Assembly: GCA_903832205.1 (NCBI GenBank)
Contig: CAILAH010000026.1
Coordinates: 1-56,703 of the forward strand
Length of the DNA: 56,703 nt
DNA from: an uncultured Candidatus Micrarchaeota archaeon
Lineage (GTDB): Archaea > Micrarchaeota > Micrarchaeia > CAILAH01
Reading direction: 5' to 3'
The translations under genes were made by a program, and so were the position numbers. The notes under the pieces were generated by a model. That model saw only the letters and a program-made list of their open reading frames with translations, ran no database searches and was not told where the DNA came from. This document shows positions 42,590 through 50,700 of this stretch, one piece after another; positions within the stretch are counted from its first letter, which is position 1, and every line of letters starts with the position of its first letter.

Positions 42590-43330
42590 TTACGCAAACC
42601 TCATCATGTAGAGCGAGCCCGCGTTTATTAGCATGTGCGCGAACACCGCGGTCTTAAGGTCGCCTGAATAGCGGTAGACAAGGTAGAGGAATATTCCCAA
42701 ACCGAACGCGCCCACAATCTCATATACCGAGCCGTAGGAAAAGTGGGCGAATGCAAACAGGAGATTCGCAAATACGGGGTTCATGTAGCGCGAAAGGAAC
42801 GAGCGGAAGAAGACCTCCTCGGCCAGCGGCCCCACAGTAATCGCATAAAGCAGGACGTAGAATGGGAGCTCCGTGATTTTCTGGTCAACTTTCTGCGCAT
42901 CGTTGAATCCAAGGAAGTACGCGGCGTATGAAAGTATAATCATGAAAAATAATGCGGGAACCATGGACAAGACCGCAAGCAGGAACGTGCGAATTGGATG
43001 GCCGTGGAACCCTAAATCGGAAAGCACTTTCGCCAGTGAGTCGCCCCTGTGCATGAGCACGCAAATGGGGGTTAGAAGCATCACCATTGAGAAGACAATC
43101 GGAGTGAAATAGGTAATCTCGCGCATGCAAATCGTAAGAAGTGCAGTGATTAGAAAGAGCAAAAAGGGATCGGTTGCCTTGCGTGCAAAGTAGAGCGCGG
43201 GCAAGGTGAGAACTGCAGCCGAGTAATAGATGGGGATATGTGAGAAATAGGTTAAGACCGCCGCGGCGAGCACTAGGCAGGCCGCAATAAGCAGTGCCAG
43301 GAGAGATTTCCTAACCAGTCTTTTTCTCAT
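42590..43330 (-). CDS. CPBP-family intramembrane glutamic endopeptidase (CAAX protease-like)
   Basis: Motifs [18 protein letters not shown] and HMLINA, with multiple TM helices. The real start is ATG 43330 (MRKRLVRK). The longer ORF's N-terminal extension overlaps rps27ae. Confidence 0.8.
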   Translation of the reverse strand: MRKRLVRKSLLALLIAACLVLAAAVLTYFSHIPIYYSAAVLTLPALYFARKATDPFLLFLITALLTICMREITYFTPIVFSMVMLLTPICVLMHRGDSLAKVLSDLGFHGHPIRTFLLAVLSMVPALFFMIILSYAAYFLGFNDAQKVDQKITELPFYVLLYAITVGPLAEEVFFRSFLSRYMNPVFANLLFAFAHFSYGSVYEIVGAFGLGIFLYLVYRYSGDLKTAVFAHMLINAGSLYMMRFA

Positions 43331-43460
43331 AGTAACCGCATTTGCCGCAGGAGAACCTGTCCTTGTGCTCTGCAAGCCTGGTTCCTGAGCCGCATCTCGG
43401 GCAGCCGCGGCCCTTCTTGTATATGCGCAGCTTCTTTTTCTTCTTCTTTGTTTCTGCCAT
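43311..43460 (-). CDS. rps27ae: Ribosomal protein S27ae (eS31), 49 aa; not in the ORF track because it is under 60 aa
   Basis: Hand translation gives [49 protein letters not shown], a C4 zinc ribbon. It lies directly downstream of rps24e, as in most archaea. Confidence 0.85.
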   Translation of the reverse strand: MAETKKKKKKLRIYKKGRGCPRCGSGTRLAEHKDRFSCGKCGYYEKKTG

Positions 43461-43469
43461 CGTTTACAC

Positions 43470-43790
43470 CTACTTCTTCTCTTCGGTTGCGGCTTCTGCG
43501 GGCTTCGCCTTGCCGAGCGACTTTGCCGCGCGCGCAAGCAGGTGCTTGGGCTCCATCTGCATGTCCTGCTCGGATTTGTATATCCTTGCCCTGCCGAAGC
43601 ACATCTTCTTGCCGAACGGCTGCTTTATGTACTCAACCACAACGAGATTCTCGTCGGCCTTGAGTGCGCCCGCAATCTCCCTTATCACGCTTGTGCGCGA
43701 AGGGGTCTCTGCATCGTGCCTTATCTCAAAAGCGACCTCCGTCCTTTTGAAAAAGGGGTTCACGTTCTTGTTTGTAATATCCAGCTTCAT
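43470..43790 (-). CDS. rps24e: Ribosomal protein S24e
   Basis: MKLDITNKNVNPFFKRTEVAFEIRHDAETPSR..VVVEYIKQPFGK...ARIYKS. Starts at ATG 43790 after GGTG. Confidence 0.9.
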   Translation of the reverse strand: MKLDITNKNVNPFFKRTEVAFEIRHDAETPSRTSVIREIAGALKADENLVVVEYIKQPFGKKMCFGRARIYKSEQDMQMEPKHLLARAAKSLGKAKPAEAATEEKK

Positions 43791-43810
43791 ATTAAACACC
43801 ATGATTATCG

Positions 43811-44206
43811 TTAATCCTTGCCTATCCTCATGACCAGTCTCCTGCCCATGGTCTCGATATAATCGATTTCCTTGCCCGCTTCCGCGGTGCCCTCCATGTC
43901 AGGCGGGATTGCAATGTCGAAGTTCTCAAATGAGACGAGGTCCATCACCACCATGCTGTCGCCATTCACGGAGATTACCTGGCCCCTCTTGCGCTCAAGA
44001 AGGGGTGCCTCCACATCCTCGCCGGAGTGGGAGAAAAGCATGCGCTTCTGCCCGTCGAAGATGCCGATGCCCGTAATCTGCACCTTGGCGGAACCGTGCT
44101 TACCTGGCTTTGAGGAGCTGACATCAACTACCTTACTCGGGAAACCGTCGATCATTATGAATTTACCAGCCTTGATATCCCTAACATTGACAAATACTGT
44201 GCTCAT
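43811..44206 (-). CDS. eif5a: Translation initiation factor 5A (aIF5A)
   Basis: Carries the hypusine loop SKPGKHGSAK. 131 aa from ATG 44206. The rest of the 297-aa ORF is a spurious extension. Confidence 0.95.
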   Translation of the reverse strand: MSTVFVNVRDIKAGKFIMIDGFPSKVVDVSSSKPGKHGSAKVQITGIGIFDGQKRMLFSHSGEDVEAPLLERKRGQVISVNGDSMVVMDLVSFENFDIAIPPDMEGTAEAGKEIDYIETMGRRLVMRIGKD

Positions 44207-44236
44207 GGCTGAACTTGAGCTTAATAAAATATATAA

Positions 44237-45040
44237 ATGGTAACAATAAGCGTGATAGACGCCCACTGCCACCTTATGGACATGAAAAATGCGGATTTTG
44301 CCTCTTTTTCCAGCCCTGAGACTATTGACAACAGTGACGATGGCTGCAGAGGGGTGCGGGGCCGGCGCGGGCGGCCCTGCCTTGAGGCCATCGTTAACTG
44401 CGGCTATGATGCCAATTCGAGCACAAAAGCCGTTGAGATGAAGAAGGGAAAGTTGGCGGGAAACGTTAAGCTCTACGCCAATGTGGGGATTGGGCCGCAG
44501 AAGTGCATGGGCCCAGATGCGATGCAAAAAGTCGCTGAGATTGAAAGGATAGCCAGGGAAGATGAGAGAGCGATTGATGCGATAGGCGAGGTGGGATTGG
44601 ATTACCACTGGGGAGACACTACGGAAAAGAGGAATATGCAGAAAGTGGCGTTTGATGCACTGATAGCGCTTGCAAACGAGCTTCAGAAGCCCATTGTGAT
44701 ACATTCAAGGGAAACGACAAGCGAGTGCATACAATTGCTTGATGACGCGAAGTTCGAGCACGGGGTGATGTTCCATTTCTTCTCGGGAAATTCGCAGGAG
44801 GCGAAGGCGATTGCCGATAGGGGATGGCTGATTTCACTGCCGCCTTTGAGAGGGGGCAAAATGGGCATTGCAAGGGCGGTTGATTTGGAGAATCTTGTTG
44901 CGGAGACCGATGCGCCCTATGTCGGGAAGACGCCGCTTGACGTGAGAAAATCCATGGTGATGATTGCAGAGGCCAAGGGAATTAGTTTTGAGGAAGTGGA
45001 AAAGGAAACGAGCACAAACGTGAAGGAATTCTTTGGATGA
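44237..45040 (+). CDS. tatD: TatD-family metal-dependent hydrolase/DNase
   Basis: VIDAHCHL, GEVGLDYH, PIVIHSRE and ETDAPY are TatD blocks. GTG 44252 is an alternative start. Confidence 0.85.
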   Translation: MVTISVIDAHCHLMDMKNADFASFSSPETIDNSDDGCRGVRGRRGRPCLEAIVNCGYDANSSTKAVEMKKGKLAGNVKLYANVGIGPQKCMGPDAMQKVAEIERIAREDERAIDAIGEVGLDYHWGDTTEKRNMQKVAFDALIALANELQKPIVIHSRETTSECIQLLDDAKFEHGVMFHFFSGNSQEAKAIADRGWLISLPPLRGGKMGIARAVDLENLVAETDAPYVGKTPLDVRKSMVMIAEAKGISFEEVEKETSTNVKEFFG

Positions 45041-45054
45041 ACAAGAAAACGAAA

Positions 45055-46158
45055 CTAAGGAATGCGCAGCCAAAGCACACCCTGCCAATTATGGTTAACA
45101 AAAAGCCGGTTAAATTCTGCAGCAACTTTCCTTCTAAAATTATATGTGTTGGCAAACCGCGCATAGGCAAGCCATCCACAAAAGCTATGCACCGTCTGCT
45201 CTCTTGTAACTGCACACCTATCAAGTTTGCGCCTCAACCGCTCAAGGTGCTTCCAAATCCTATTGGCATTACTTTTCTTTAGAAGCCTGTAAGAAAAGAA
45301 AATCCTGAAGCCAAGTAGCGTTATTCCCTTTCTTAACGGGACAACTTTTGACTTTTCAGGGTGCAGTTCTATTTTCAGGCAGGCTGCGAGGAATTCATTT
45401 ATCTTTTTTAGCCACCCCATCAGAATCTCCTTCCTTGCATGCAACAGCACAAAATCATCAACATAACGGAGATAGTGCCTTGCCTTCAACTCGTGCTTCA
45501 CGAAATGGTCAAGCTCGTTCAGGTAGACGTTGGCAAAGAATTGGGAGGTTAAATTCCCAAGCGGCATTCCCTTTCCAGGTATGGAAGCCTTGTGGTTTTG
45601 CAGTATTTTTCTTACAAGGCAGATTACCCGTGCATCCCTAATCTTCCGCTCAAGTATGCCAATCAGGACTTCGTTGTCTACCGTGTCAAAATAGCGCCGT
45701 ATGTCTGCCTTTAGGGCATAGCCCATTATGGCATTCCTGTTTGTCTGGTCTGGCAATAGTCTTCCATTTCCGGATACTTTTCGCACGAATCCTTCAAAGC
45801 GAATTATCGCTGGGTGTGTGCCCTTGCCCTTCCGGTTGGCAAACGAATCGTAGATAAAGCTCTTTTCAAAAATCGGCTCAAGAATATTGCATATGGCGTG
45901 GTGCACAACCCTGTCCCTGAAATGGGAGGCACTGATTACCCTTGTCTTCGGGTCCCTTATCACAAAGGTGGTTAGCGACCTTGGGAAATATGCACTGGTC
46001 TCCAGCTCATGCTGAAGCTCTTTTAGGTTCTTCTCCAGGTCCCTTTCAAACTCCTTAACATAATCCTTGTTTGTTTTTCTTTTTCTTGCTTTTTTGTAGG
46101 CGAGAAGGAGATTCTCATAAGAACAGAGGTTTGAATACAGGTTTTTGTAGGTCTTCAT
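45055..46158 (-). CDS. DGR-type reverse transcriptase
   Basis: Starts at ATG 46158 (MKTYKNLYSNL). RT blocks ADIRRYFDTVD, MPLGNLTSQFFANVYL ([IL]GxxxSQ, the DGR hallmark, versus QGxxxSP in group II introns) and RYVDDFVLL. 367 aa, with no maturase or endonuclease tail. Confidence 0.85.
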   Translation of the reverse strand: MKTYKNLYSNLCSYENLLLAYKKARKRKTNKDYVKEFERDLEKNLKELQHELETSAYFPRSLTTFVIRDPKTRVISASHFRDRVVHHAICNILEPIFEKSFIYDSFANRKGKGTHPAIIRFEGFVRKVSGNGRLLPDQTNRNAIMGYALKADIRRYFDTVDNEVLIGILERKIRDARVICLVRKILQNHKASIPGKGMPLGNLTSQFFANVYLNELDHFVKHELKARHYLRYVDDFVLLHARKEILMGWLKKINEFLAACLKIELHPEKSKVVPLRKGITLLGFRIFFSYRLLKKSNANRIWKHLERLRRKLDRCAVTREQTVHSFCGWLAYARFANTYNFRRKVAAEFNRLFVNHNWQGVLWLRIP

Positions 46159-46211
46159 AATATCCCAGAGAAAGGTAGTAAATCTCCGGAATGCAAGCCA
46201 AAAGAGCCATT

Positions 46212-46289
46212 CGAAACCAGAGCCGGGGTCGTTGTTGCAGTTGATGTTCCTCCTGTTGTTGAGGTTGTTGTTGTCGCGAGCCACGGGCC
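46212..46289 (-). repeat. DGR template repeat (TR)
   Basis: The coding strand is GGCCCGTGGCTCGC GAC AAC AAC AAC CTC AAC AAC AGG AGG AAC ATC AAC TGC AAC AAC GACCCCGGCTCTGGTTTCG. It has nine AAC codons and lies 54 nt upstream of the RT ATG. It is read through only artefactually by ORF 45055..46335. Confidence 0.8.
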
Positions 46290-46482
46290 CAAATGGTAAC
46301 CCGCCTACTAAAATGGCACGAAGTGCCCTCACCACAGCTTCACGTTTCAGCTTGCAAAACCTACTAAATGTCGCCGTTGAATTTCATGTCCGGCATGCAT
46401 TAAGCGTCCGGCACTGCAGGCAGGTGTGTGGCTCCAGGCTTGCACCCGGAGGAAACTAAATGAAGGAGAATCTTTTTATTCA

Positions 46483-46526
46483 TTGCAAAAATCGCGCGAA
46501 GCCCTTTCGGGCTCCTTTTTTTGCAA
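46483..46526 (-). promoter_or_regulatory. Long hairpin downstream of the VR (DGR target-recognition stem-loop and/or terminator candidate)
   Basis: TTGCAAAAA/TTTTTGCAA outer arms enclose GAGCCC-GAAA-GGGCTT. It begins ~25 nt after the target-gene stop and is followed on the minus strand by a T run. Confidence 0.5.
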
Positions 46527-46550
46527 CGTGGTTATTTTAGCTGAGGCGTA

Positions 46551-47351
46551 TTAAACGCCACCCACCCCGAAACCAGAGCCGGGGTCGCCGCTGCAGCCGA
46601 TGTTCCTCCTGCCGTCGAGGAGGCCGTCGCCGTCGCGAGCCACGGGCCTAACACCTATCCCGCTTATCCTGTAAAACCAGCGCTTTTCATTATCATTCAA
46701 TTGGGCGAATATTTGGGCGCCAACCTGTAATGGGACGCGCGTGTTTGGGTCAACCTGGCCTGCACCTCCTGATTCTTGTATTAGTCCGCTAAGAACAATT
46801 ATTGTTTTTGGAATCACGACCATCTTTCCATTTTCTTCTTTTACTTCTTCGGGGTCTATGAATAATCCTGCTCCCTTCACGCCTAGTGCTTGCAGTGGAA
46901 CATTCTTCGCCTCAAGTGTCCAGCCGCTTTCACTGTCAATGACATCCAGGCCCTGGACAAACATTCCATCTTTTTCTGGATATGCAAGTATCTCCCTTGC
47001 CCATGCAGCATAGTAGCCCTTCTTGTTCAGCTCTTTCCATTTCTCAGAGCCGACTAAATAATCATCGTGAAGGACGATTGAGGGGAGATGAAGGCCTTGT
47101 GCTGCAACGAGCCTTACTGATTCAAGGTAGCCTGCGTTTATTACCTTGTCACCTGTTCCCGTGATTAGCTTAATTTCCTTGCCTAAGTCGTTTGCCAAAT
47201 ATGTGGATGAGGGCAGGATTACCCTTCCCGGTTCTGGTGTGGGCTTCACCTCTTTGAACGGCTTGCTAAGGTCAACGCTGCGGACATCCTGGCCGAATAG
47301 GCCTTCCCTTTCAATCGCATCCAGTATCGGGTCCCTTAGTTTTGGAGCCAT
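46551..47351 (-). CDS. DGR target (variable) protein carrying the array-type N-terminal tag
   Basis: N terminus MAPKLRDPILDAIEREGLFGQDV, near-identical to the ankyrin array member's tag. The C terminus ..FYRISGIGVRPVARDGDGLLDGRRNIGCSGDPGSGFGVGGV* contains the VR. Starts at ATG 47351 after AGGTG. Confidence 0.85.
   Translation of the reverse strand: MAPKLRDPILDAIEREGLFGQDVRSVDLSKPFKEVKPTPEPGRVILPSSTYLANDLGKEIKLITGTGDKVINAGYLESVRLVAAQGLHLPSIVLHDDYLVGSEKWKELNKKGYYAAWAREILAYPEKDGMFVQGLDVIDSESGWTLEAKNVPLQALGVKGAGLFIDPEEVKEENGKMVVIPKTIIVLSGLIQESGGAGQVDPNTRVPLQVGAQIFAQLNDNEKRWFYRISGIGVRPVARDGDGLLDGRRNIGCSGDPGSGFGVGGV
46568..46648 (-). repeat. DGR variable repeat (VR)
   Basis: Aligns to the TR over 78 nt plus one extra CTC codon. 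All 13 substitutions sit at TR adenines (AAC to GGC, GAC or AGC). The invariant 3' block GACCCCGGCTCTGGTTTCG (IMH-like) is identical in both. Confidence 0.8.
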
Positions 47352-47472
47352 AAGCATTGCACCTAAGTTATGTAGTATTAGGTAAATAAGAAGTATTTAA
47401 ACATTGCTACGATAGGCAGGAAGGCGTTTAGCTCGGTCAGAAATATAAACTTCGGATGCCATAATAATAGTT

Positions 47473-47676
47473 ATGTCTGGTGCGAACATAAACCTGATTG
47501 AAAAAAGGCTTGAGAGGCTTGAGAAAAAGATAGATGTGGTTACTTCTTTTATTGAAGACGTGACCATGACAAAGGCACAGCATAAGCGCTACTTATCGGC
47601 ACTTGCGGCAATAAGGTCTGGAAAGGCTAAAAAATGGGTGAGGGCAGAAGACTTCTATAAAGAGTTGAACAAGTAA
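47473..47676 (+). CDS. Small basic helical protein (67 aa), function unknown
   Basis: MSGANINLIEKRLERLEKKIDVV... is coiled-coil-like. A TATA-like AAATATAAAC is centred ~27 nt upstream of the ATG. Confidence 0.5.
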   Translation: MSGANINLIEKRLERLEKKIDVVTSFIEDVTMTKAQHKRYLSALAAIRSGKAKKWVRAEDFYKELNK

Positions 47677-47759
47677 AAACCAGGGCTTGTCAATTATGTC
47701 CTTATTATATAGATTGCATTCGCAACTTATCGATAATCTCCGTATCCTAGCTGTAGCAC

Positions 47760-50700
47760 TTACAATTTGTCGATGATGTCCCTTACCCTGTCGGCCGCCT
47801 TCTTCATTGTGAGCAGGACGAATCCCAAATCCTCATCGGGCTTGATGATTGCCAGGATGAGCGACTGCTCACCTGCACGCACGACTATCTGCCTGCCGAG
47901 CTTTGCATTGAACGCAACGTAGGTCACGTCGCCGCGATTGAGCGCCTTTGATGCCGCTTCCGCCTTCTGCATTGCCGTGGCGCTGCCTGCAGCTACTGAT
48001 TCTGCGTTTCCACCCATGGGCAGGTTGGAACTGATTACAAGGCCGTCCTTACGGAGAATCATGCCGCCCAGTATGCGCTTGGTATCAATCATCTCCTTCA
48101 TGATGTTCTCCAAGTCTGACTTGCCCATGCCCTTTATCGCCTTGAGCTTCACGATTGTGTTGCCCTCTAGAGTCACAGGGAGGTCGGTTTCGGAAACGAA
48201 GCGCTCCACCACCCAGGGCCTCCACTCTGGAGGTATGGCGCTGAGCATTGCAGGGTCAACGCGCTCCTGCCTGCGCAGTAAGCCTTCAATCGACGATTTC
48301 CAGCCAGGCCATGCGGAGAGCACCTCGCTCTTCCTGCGCAGCGTTAATAGTATGGAGTCCGCCTTTGTGTTAAGCGAGATTATGTCATTCTTTATTGATT
48401 CTGCCTCGTCAAGGCCGAACGACTCAATCCTGTCGCGGACTGGTTCCGTGCTCGTGGCATAGAGGCGTTCCATCTCCTCGAAAGGCGCCAGCCCGTTCTT
48501 CTTGCATACCTCAACAAGCGTGTTCGCCTCGTTCAATTTCCCGTCAACGGTGTTGAGCTGCTCGGTGAACTGCTGCGCCGCCGCGACTTTCTTCTTAAGC
48601 TCTGCGGCCATGTCGGAAAGGATGGTCACGGAATTGTTGAGCTCCTTCTCATCAATCTCATTTTTCTCTATCGCCTCAATGATGGAGTCCACGTTGAGGC
48701 CGCCAAGGCGCTTTGAATAGTCCTCCGTGCCCAGGCCGTACCCCTTGCCGCGGGTTATGAGCGTTGAGATTTCTGTGAACAATTCATTTACGCGCTCGAA
48801 CGCATTCACCGATACCATGAATTTCGCAATGGTGTTCTTGATGTCGGACTCGATTTGCGCAAAGCTGTCCGCGAGCTCCTTGCTCCTGGTGACGGATTCC
48901 TCAAGCGGCAGCGATGCGATGGGCGCCATGGCCTCCTTGCCGCCGAATGCCAGGAACCTCTTTTCGTAAATGGAAACATCTATGCTGTTCTCCTTTGCTT
49001 GTGCTATGAGCGCGGGGATTGACTCGAGATGCCTGTCGATTTCTGCAAGATGCGACCTCATCTCGCCTTCCTCGGAAATGGTCCTGCCCAGCACTTCCTG
49101 TATGTGCTTCATCTTCTCATCAATGGTGGTGATGAGCTCCGATGACTTGTCAAACTGCTTGGACCTCATGTTCTCGTTCATGTGCACGAGCAGCGTCTCA
49201 ACCGACGTTATGAGGCGGTCGCCGCGCGCAATCTTCTTTGCCTTGAGCTCCATGGCGAGCGATTCGAGCTCGTGCCTCAGGTCAGTATGCTTTGCCATGA
49301 ACCCCTCATCAAGCGATACGCCGCAGCTGTCGCATTTGTCTGAAGCGAGCGTGGTGGTGCGGCCGCACACGGGGCAGGGGAACTTGGTGAGCATGAGGTG
49401 CTCCACATCTGACATCTTTGCCTGGATTGAATTGCGCTCCAGCTTCAGGTTCTCCGCTATTGCATCAAGGTATTTCTTGGCCGCAATGAACCCCTGGCCG
49501 GAGTATATGATCGGGTAGCGGTTTGCCTCAATGCGCCACTCCTTCTTTTCGAACTTTACGCCGTAATTTGAGAACTTGCGGTAGAGCGACTCAATCTGGT
49601 CTATCTCATCCTCCACCTCTTCGCGCATCTTCTCAAGCACCTTCTCCTGGTCCATGCTCACGGAAAGCATCCCGTGCAGCGCCGCATATTCCTTGCGCAG
49701 CGTCTTTTCAATCATAAGCTCCGCATCCTCAAGCTCGCCGCGGGACATCTTTGTCTCAACGGCCGAGAGGTAGGCGAAGAACAGGTCGGCGCGCTTTGCA
49801 TCGAACGCCGTGCCCGCAACCGCCGCGCTTTCCCTGAGGCCCATGATTTCGGTGCGCATCTTCTGCACCTCATCCTTCATCTCCTTCTCAACAACCACCT
49901 TGCGGATGCCCTGCTCGACTGGGGCGCGCAAATAGCGCTCGCCAATCAGGCGCGCCTTGATGATGTCCTCCAAAACGAAGCCGAAGAGAATCAATCCCAC
50001 GAGCAGGACGGAAGAGCCGAGAAGTATGTTCGTGTTGGTTGAGAGCACCTGTATGGGGTCGTCTATTATGGGCTCGCCCGCCGAAAATACCAGGTAGCCG
50101 CCGAGCGCGAGCGCAATGACCGCGGCAATCAGGAACTCGTTCCTGCCTCGGCCGCCATAGCCTGCAATCCTGTAGAATGCCTCCGCAATGGGCTCGTGCT
50201 TCCCCGCGCTGGCGAACAGGCTCAGCACAAGGCGGACCACCGTGTACGCAAGATAGAGCACGAGAACGAGCGCGAACGCAACAAGGGCGAGCGCAAACCC
50301 GAACCCCACGTATGCGTGCAATGAGAGGAGCAGCGAAGTGAAGAATGCGCGGAACTGCACGAACGCGCCGATGTTCTCAAGGTTGAGCACCTTGATTGAG
50401 CCGGAGGGATAGGTTATCTTCTGCATCTCCAGGTCCCAGTTTGCCGGGCCCGAGGCTGCCTTGTAGCCGAAGTCGGAATTTATCTGTGAGATTTTCTTGA
50501 AGTCAAGCCTGTACCTCACAGTGAGCGGCACCGAATCCGAAATGTAAATCGGCGGGACCGTGAGGAAAGTCACCGAGGATTGGCGGGTCGCGAATGATTC
50601 CGGGATAATCTCGTCGACCTCTATTACCGCATTCTCATTATAGGTATAGGACGTCTTGGATGTGATTTCGAATTTTGAATATGCGGAGAAATACTGCACC

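Larger units (their letters stand above)
45055..47351 (-). mobile_element. Diversity-generating retroelement (DGR) cassette: target gene with VR, hairpin, TR, then RT
   Basis: The minus-strand order matches the canonical DGR layout. It is supported by the TR/VR pair with adenine-specific differences and an RT carrying the DGR-type LGxxxSQ motif. See the component features. Confidence 0.8.

Noticed and set aside
43811-44704. The 297-aa ORF containing aIF5A, the 315-aa ORF containing the CPBP protease, the 91-aa ORF at 43327-43602 and the 288-aa ORF at 210-1076.
   Set aside because: The N-terminal extensions overlap neighbouring genes or promoters and are Arg/Pro-rich nonsense. Internal ATGs give canonical-length proteins. 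The 91-aa ORF is an out-of-frame shadow of the real 49-aa rps27ae.
45055-46335. The 426-aa ORF looks like a group II intron reverse transcriptase/maturase.
   Set aside because: - The RT carries LGNLTSQ ([IL]GxxxSQ, DGR type) instead of QGxxxSP.
- It has no maturase X or endonuclease tail, and no domain V/VI-like RNA is visible around it.
- Its first 59 codons are the AAC-rich template repeat read through in frame.

The real start is ATG 46158. It is reinterpreted as a DGR RT plus TR.
47473-47676. The small basic helical protein as the missing DGR accessory protein (Avd).
   Set aside because: It has only 67 aa (Avd is about 110-130 aa and forms a four-helix bundle). It sits on the opposite strand with its own promoter, upstream of the target rather than between VR and TR. 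There is no positive evidence, so it is left as hypothetical.
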